Positions 37,438-43,578 of a stretch of 43,578 nucleotides of DNA are shown one piece after another. The DNA is taken from positions 1-43,578 of the forward strand of contig JAVEBF010000032.1 of the NCBI GenBank assembly GCA_051941275.1, in the 5' to 3' direction. The notes beneath the pieces were generated by a model. It was given only the letters and a program-made list of their open reading frames with translations, was not told the DNA's origin and ran no database searches. Made by a program: the position numbers and the translations under genes. The stretch is from Dirinaria sp. TL-2023a (taxonomy: Eukaryota). Within the stretch, counting starts at the first letter, position 1. Every line of letters starts with the position of its first letter.

Positions 37438-37578
37438 GGGTTTCGCCGTGGTTCGAACACGGGGCCTCTCGCAATTGTACCTAGGGTGCCCCCTAAGCGA
37501 GAATCATACCTGGAAATGCAATTAGCGGATGTTGCGAGTATATCAATGGCGGGCAATTTACCACTAGACCACGAAACC
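37438..37578 (-). tRNA. tRNA-Pro(AGG) with two intervening sequences: a 52-nt GT-AG intron in the D-loop (37510-37561) and a 17-nt canonical intron at 37/38 (37474-37490)
   Basis: Spliced sequence GGTTTCG TG GTCT AGTG|GTA TGAT T CTCGC TTAGGG|T GCGAG AGGCC CCGTG TTCGAAC CACGG CGAAACC C (72 nt). It has a perfect 7-bp acceptor stem, 5-bp anticodon and T stems, and the C73 discriminator typical of eukaryotic tRNA-Pro. Confidence 0.92.
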
Positions 37579-37602
37579 GTAGATATCTCCCTTCGCACAA
37601 AA

Positions 37603-37616
37603 TTTTTATATATATA
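37603..37616 (-). promoter_or_regulatory. TATA-like element about 25-38 nt upstream of tRNA-Pro
   Basis: TATATATATAAAAA on the minus strand, at the spacing expected for TFIIIB binding. Confidence 0.55.
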
Positions 37617-40600
37617 CAACAAAAGCTAACCTGCTCCCATCTATGTTGTTTCTCGCAAACAGGCGCAAGTTAAGAGTTTATTCTATTGCAAATCAAGGTA
37701 ACAATCACTGCTCCCGACGAAATCATCAAGTTTTCAGTATTCAAAGAATGAAACAATTTGAGAAGTCACTACTGCTACTATTAACAGCTTATCATGGATT
37801 AAGACAAAGCCATGTGAACCGGATTGCCGCAGAAATATTTGCCACAATTAGACACACATTCAGGAGTTTAGACTAGGGACAAGAGGAGCTCTTGATTGTA
37901 AGAATCTGTAGGTAGGTAAGGTATCTGCCGAGCAAGAGAAACTACTAATGTTGTTGCAGGACTATTGGGTAGACATCAAACACCAGGAAAACTGCATACA
38001 TCATCTTCATCATCTACTACTACCTACCTCAAGGAACGATATGTCAATTGGTTATGTTCTAAGAAATGTGGGTATTAAAAGAACTTCTGAATACATCAAG
38101 TCGATACAAGAGTACTCCTTCATCATTCTGTCTCAGATTAGATGCGTGGTAGGCATTCATGCGATATGCACAATATACATATATGATAATTAAGTTACGA
38201 AGGTACGAGGGTACTCGACAAAAGAAGAAAAAATTTGAAGAGTGTGAGAATCCCGAGTAGTCCGCCATGCGCTGTGGAAAGGTCAAACTGTCATTGTCAA
38301 AGTCAAAAGGTCAAGGCATAACCAACATCAGTAACATGGCTCTTGGCAGATCCTCAGACACGACCTCAGAATAACTACAGTATGTGATACTATCTTATCT
38401 TAGAGACTTCAGCTAACCGGCACGCTCTTTAGTGACATTCTTGGCATGTCTTTCACTAGTCAGAAATTGTGACAAACTTTCTGACAGCTCAGCTCGCTGG
38501 TCTTTCTTTATCCTCACGGTACAATCGATTTGATCTAATTCATGAATCATTATCAGAACATTCTCGACGCACCTCAATCAGACGGAATTTTCGAAGGGGT
38601 TGACAATGAGGGCAACATCGTGTTGAAGGAGAACATCAAGTGGCTCAGAGATTCAAGGGTCAAGATTCTTCTAGAAGATCTTTCAAGAATTGCGTTGGCA
38701 TTCATCGAGATCTGTCTCAAACAACGTATAGAAAATGCATGAACTGAGAGTCTCTATCTTCAGGCATAGAACTAATCTCACGTTTTCTCAGAGATCTACT
38801 ACTTATCTCTTCGTACAACCCCGATCCGAAATCGATTCTGACGAGCGCTCTGTTCAAGAGATCGCTACTTTGATATTTCGTCGTCTTTCTCAGCTCATAT
38901 ATCTGTCTTATGCGTGGGGTGATCAGGATGTTCAAGCTTATATGCTGAGATGAATCATGGTGAGCGTTTACACATTCTAAACGCTCGAGCCCGAGGGCTG
39001 AGTCGAAAGTACTCAGTGATATCTATCAAGCTTCACATCAAGGACCCGAACAGTGTAATGTGGCTCCTTTCTTTTCCTTCATGAACCGCTTCAAGCTGAG
39101 TCGAGTCTCCTCTTAGGCGTATATAAGTCTGATCCCGGGGAATTAGTTTCATGTGGCTGTCCCGGCTTAGATAGGATTAGAAACAGAGCAGTCGGTTGAT
39201 TTGCGGCGAGAAATACTGAGCATGTGCAATAGCTAAGCTTATCTCAAAGCAACTCTCTTAACTGTCTCTTGTCAGTCAGGCAATCGATGAGATATACAAC
39301 ACATCGAAAACTCGTTTATCAGTCTCTGATAATTAACTACTCATTCGTTGACACGCGATCCATGAACATATGAACTGCATTGATTGCGAGACCGGAATAC
39401 TCCCGGTCTTGAAGGTAACTCTTCGGAAGAAACAAAAACACCTTGGTCTACAGAGTTGACATCATATCTGATAAGTAAAACCAGCATTTTGGCCCTCTCT
39501 TTGATAGTAGGTAGGCAAGAAGCGCCGTGGCAAATCTAAGAGCCAAAGGGACTATCAAATTTATCCACTGAACGACGCATCAAGATTGCAGACTTCGTCG
39601 ACGATCTTGCAGAAGTGCTCCATCTGCTTCCCAAGTATCTGTAGTTGCTTGTCGATCTAGCAGCGATCAGTCTTAGGTTTGCAAATTTCCGGTTCAGATC
39701 ACAAGAGTCCAAAACGTACCGGGCCATTTTTCGCCAATCTCGGATCTTCGCTCTGGGGTTGTTCTGAAACTTCCATTCTGCCTCTTGCGAGATAGTATTC
39801 TTGCATGAGCCTTTGGGACTGGCGGTGAATCACTACCGCACCGCCTTGCTTCGGGATATTCTATGAGCTCTGATAAACACATGTTCATTTACTCTTGATT
39901 TATATATCTACGCTAAACGGTATCATCGGACTGAAGCTGCGGCATCAGCTCCGCCATTGAGAGAAGACTCATTGGATCTAGCGGTAGCAGAGGCACGTCG
40001 AGGAGCTGTCTCTGAAGCGACTTTCAGTACTGTCTGACCCGTCTCACTTGTGTTTTTCAGGAATCAGCTTTGATCATCATGAGACGTCGAGCTTTCTTCC
40101 TGATATATGATAAAGTTACGTATTTCTCGCTTGATCGTGCTTTGAGCGCTACTGTCGTTTGCTCTGAGGCCAGCCTGTTTCTTCTTGTATCGCTTTCTAA
40201 TGATCTCTGGCTGCAGCAAGAAGATTTAGCAAACTTCCAATTATAAACCTATATCACTTACCTGACGTTCCAAGTAATACTTGTGTGTCCCACACAAGCA
40301 GTTCTCAATCTTCTCTTTCTCGCTCTTCTGAGTGTCTATCTTGTAGACATGTAATTTCGAAGGATGTCCGCATTGGAATTCGATCTCGACATTTGCCAGA
40401 CATCGCGATTCCGACAAGACGGTCATTGTCGTAACAAGCAATTTGTCGAAAATCGAGGATGTGCGATAGATTCCGATGCTAAAATCAGAATAGAGTCATT
40501 AAAAAGAAGCTCAAAAACGGAGATTGTTACTATTGATGGACACTGCGAAAGAAGAGAGACAGTTCTGCTCTATAAATTGACTCTGAGCTCAGGTCGATCG

Positions 40601-40970
40601 AAAAACTTAAGATTTCAAAAGTGCTCAACAAAGAAATCACGTTTGTCAGCTGTTACGCTTCGTGTGTTTTGGAAATTCATCGCTGACTCTGAATCTAGAC
40701 CTGTTGAGCATTTTGAGGATCTAGCAACTGCCAGTCTATTGAAGTATGAGTGTCTCGGGTGTCTGCCGAATCAGAATCATCGGCTGAACGGGGGAATGAG
40801 GAACCGCGCAACATCTCTTCTCATGTCAGATCTCGAATGTGCTTTGAGCTCGGAAAGGCACCCAAATCTGTCGATAGGTTTGACTTTGACAGGGAATGAG
40901 CCCTCTATAGCAACAATGATTTTCCGTTCTTTGTTTTCAAAGGAGTTTCGCTGTTTGGTATTATCGACAT

Positions 40971-41642
40971 GTGAATATCTTTGCAGAGCCACTCCTCCGT
41001 CAGGTCAATGCCACTGGTACAGATACTCAGAGCGCATTGACGAACAGCACCTCGCAGAATCAGCTCGCTGAACAAAAGCTACTTCATGAGAAAATGTCAG
41101 TCATCATGACGATCTGGCAGAGGAGATTCGCTTTCCTCGAAGGCCCCGGAGTGCGCGTTATCAACAGAGTGCGAAAATCTCGTAACACGCTCGGCAGATT
41201 TCAGATCAAATTAGAAAGCGCCACAAGAGAGACTTCGAAAGCCAGGACGAATGTCATAAAGACATGGAGCCTCTTAAGACGTGTGAGTCGATTTATTGGC
41301 TTAGTCCGTGTCGAGCCAGAAGAGCTTTACTCGTACAATGATGCTATTGAGACTCTGGACGAATGTTACAAGGAGATGAAACATCTTGAACAGCTTTATA
41401 CCACAATCTGGAATAACATCACAGACATCAATGGAAAGATTCGTGATCTAGCAGCAAGTAAATTCTCAGCTGACATTCAATCTCAATTTGGGCAAGATGG
41501 GCTCGAAGAGCTATACTTTCTTTGGTTGGGCGTGGGGTCAGGGGCTCGAAGTCTTCAAAAGACCATTGATGGTGCTCTATTAATCAAGAAGGAAGCTGCT
41601 ACAGAAGATGACAAGTCAGAAATTGATACTGTGAATGGTTAG
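40971..41642 (+). CDS. Hypothetical helical/coiled-coil protein (223 aa), possibly the 3' part of a decayed larger gene
   Basis: Longest protein-like ORF in the accessory region, with amphipathic patterning. No family recognised. Confidence 0.4.
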   Translation: MNIFAEPLLRQVNATGTDTQSALTNSTSQNQLAEQKLLHEKMSVIMTIWQRRFAFLEGPGVRVINRVRKSRNTLGRFQIKLESATRETSKARTNVIKTWSLLRRVSRFIGLVRVEPEELYSYNDAIETLDECYKEMKHLEQLYTTIWNNITDINGKIRDLAASKFSADIQSQFGQDGLEELYFLWLGVGSGARSLQKTIDGALLIKKEAATEDDKSEIDTVNG

Positions 41643-41762
41643 TCTCAATAAGTGCCTAGATATTTGTTAGGAAAAGTAGAGAGATAGGCTGTCGTAGCGG
41701 ACGTCTTTTCAAGGGATTACGTGTCTTGAAACTTATCGGCAAGCCACATAGCACCTTCACCA

Positions 41763-42466
41763 ATACATTCTCTTTTCGACCTCGAGGGCATGCTCGCCGA
41801 AAGTAAGCAACCTCTGAAAGACACGATGGCGAGGCGCTGGCCGGCCTCTTAGCAGTTCCCAATGATGCGGCGATTTCAGGCGGTGACTGGCCGCAAGTCC
41901 AGAAGCAGGTTGCAAGCCGCTTGCCTGCACTCGCAGACAAGTCGAACCTCTCGCTCATGTTGATCACCGGAACTAAACTCTACACGCACAAAAACGCGGA
42001 TTGGTAGGCCGTTTACGCTAAGCTGTTCGGCGGTAAACATCCTGCAGGCATTCAACGCCTCGCTTGAGATGATCGGTTCCAAGCCGCAGAAGACTTGGAG
42101 AGATCAGATCGATGGTCGTGGGAGCCAAATCGCCTTCTCCACGCTCGACCAGAAAGCGCCGATTACAGAGAACAGACAGGGTCATTTTGGTAGATCTGTG
42201 CAGAGCGACTGCCGGAGCTGTCGGTCAGTATAAGCCGGACAAGCTCAAATGACATAACGCGTAAGGACATTGACAAAGCGTACGGTATCAACAGGGTTCC
42301 CGACTCCAGTAGGATCCTGCTCGAGCAGATGATGCTCATCGTGGATGCGACCCTGCCTGGAAGCAATGATTGTCCGGCAAAGGAGTCCGGCGTGAAATCG
42401 GTGCTTGTGAGGAATTAGAATGGTATGCTCGCCGCGATACCGGCAATCGTAGCTTGCCTCAAGTAA
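41763..42466 (+). pseudogene. Decayed bacterial-type HAD-IIB hydrolase (phosphomannomutase-like)
   Basis: Manual translation across frameshifts gives FDLEGMLAESKQPL..M/EALAGLL...AISGGDWPQVQKQVASRLP...TGTKLY...W*AVYAKLF/ILQAFNASLE...TWRDQIDGRGSQIAFSTLDQKAPI/RLPELSV...SNDITRKDIDKAYG...LEQMMLIVDATLPGSNDCPAKE...IVACLK*. Confidence 0.8.
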
Positions 42467-43210
42467 TGGAAGACGTCGCGTGAGCGATGTCCGTGACTTC
42501 AGCTTTGTCAAACGGTGACATTGACTTACTCGCATTAATGTGCTTAATCCTCTTAGAATTACGTAAATTGGATAAAAACCAGTGTACGTAGCCACAAAAT
42601 AGCTTCGGTTTGATGAGTGTTGTAAGAGTTGTATCTGAAGATTGCGCCTTGCAAGGACAGTAAGAGATAAGGACAACAAGCTGTAGAGACCCACCGCAAT
42701 CTGGGTACAGATATCTCGAATGCGCGTAGAATTTTTATCTATTCCTGGCAGATCAGAGTTTAAATCAAATTTCGAACTGGGTGTGCACTTACCGAAGCTC
42801 TTGGTGCACGGAATACATAATCTATTCAAAAGCCGTCCAAGGATGAAATGCGATCCTGCGGATGGCGAGAAGAGTCGGTGCTCTGGATATAGCGTTATTC
42901 GAGGATTCGACGTTCCAAGTACGCCTTGGGGGCCAGAGGTTAACGAAGAAACTTAGAGGAACGGTACTACATCGATTGATCATGAAATACGCTTTAGTTA
43001 GCCATCGGGTAAATACATGTCTCTCTTTAGGGTGTGTCGAAGAGAGCTCTTAGAGAACAAAAGAAGGCAGAATAGAAAATGTACAGGTTATGCCATATGG
43101 GGCTCCGCCAACCATAATCTAACAGTCTCCACCGGTGTTCCAAACGCTAGACACTGAGAAGCGACTTCTATGCAGACACTGCTCACTCCGGTATTACATT
43201 CTACAGATAC

Positions 43211-43578
43211 CTAACTCTTGAACTTCATGCCGGCGCCAACGGCAGGTATTGCTCCTAACACCAAAATTAGCCAATATGGTCATCCACGAGGGAGCCGAGA
43301 AAATTACCAGGAATCCCACCGCCCATAGCTCCTAGACCTTGCATAGGATTGGGAAAAGCAGCTGCTCCGCACAAGCAAGAGCAAGAGCACGCTTCTCCTG
43401 TGCCCGTTTGTCCACTGCCTTGAGCCATCAGTGCACCCATCGATCCGCCTTGATTTGATAACTGCCCAGCCCCAGCTCCCATGTTGACCATGCTAGAAGC
43501 GGCAGCAGCAGATGGAGCAGCAGCGGGAGGAGGAGGCGCGGCGGGGGCGGTAGCAGCAGAAGAAGCGGCAGCAGGAGG
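43211..43578 (-). CDS. 3' end of a probable extracellular Ala/Pro/Ser-rich protein (cupredoxin-associated type); intron 43255-43307
   Basis: Ala/Pro-rich linker, then GEACSCSCLCGAAAFPNPMQGLGAMGGGIPG|AIPAVGAGMKFKS*; GTAATT...GCTAAT...TAG intron. Confidence 0.65.

Noticed and set aside
37510..37561. Reading the D-loop insert as an archaeal-style BHB intron or a transposon footprint
   Set aside because: I see no bulge-helix-bulge pairing at the junctions and no terminal inverted repeats. The GGTA direct repeat is explained by the G|GT splice context. Not formally excluded without folding.

Overview
Intron-rich genomic DNA from a filamentous ascomycete (Pezizomycotina). A lichen-forming lineage is plausible but cannot be proven from this window. 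Positions 1 to ~36.4 kb are a dense run of housekeeping genes: MetRS, Rud3-like golgin, guanylate kinase, Cdc10 septin, MrpL32, Ski8/Rec14, Aco2, Rae1/Gle2, Kex1, Sfm1, endosulfine, MYG1, an SDR, ICE2 and Lto1. One NLR-like gene (lipase-like N-terminus, NACHT domain, nine highly similar ankyrin repeats) interrupts the run. The main discovery is a minus-strand tRNA-Pro(AGG) gene at 37438-37578. It carries the normal 17-nt anticodon-loop intron plus a 52-nt insert between D-loop G18 and G19 with all the hallmarks of a spliceosomal intron (GTAAAT...GCTAAT...CAG). Removing both gives a perfect 72-nt cloverleaf. Beyond the tRNA lies an accessory, decayed region containing a frameshifted, intronless, bacterial-type HAD-IIB (phosphomannomutase-like) pseudogene, and the window ends in the 3' end of a probable secreted protein gene. 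All family calls come from manual motif recognition, not database searches.
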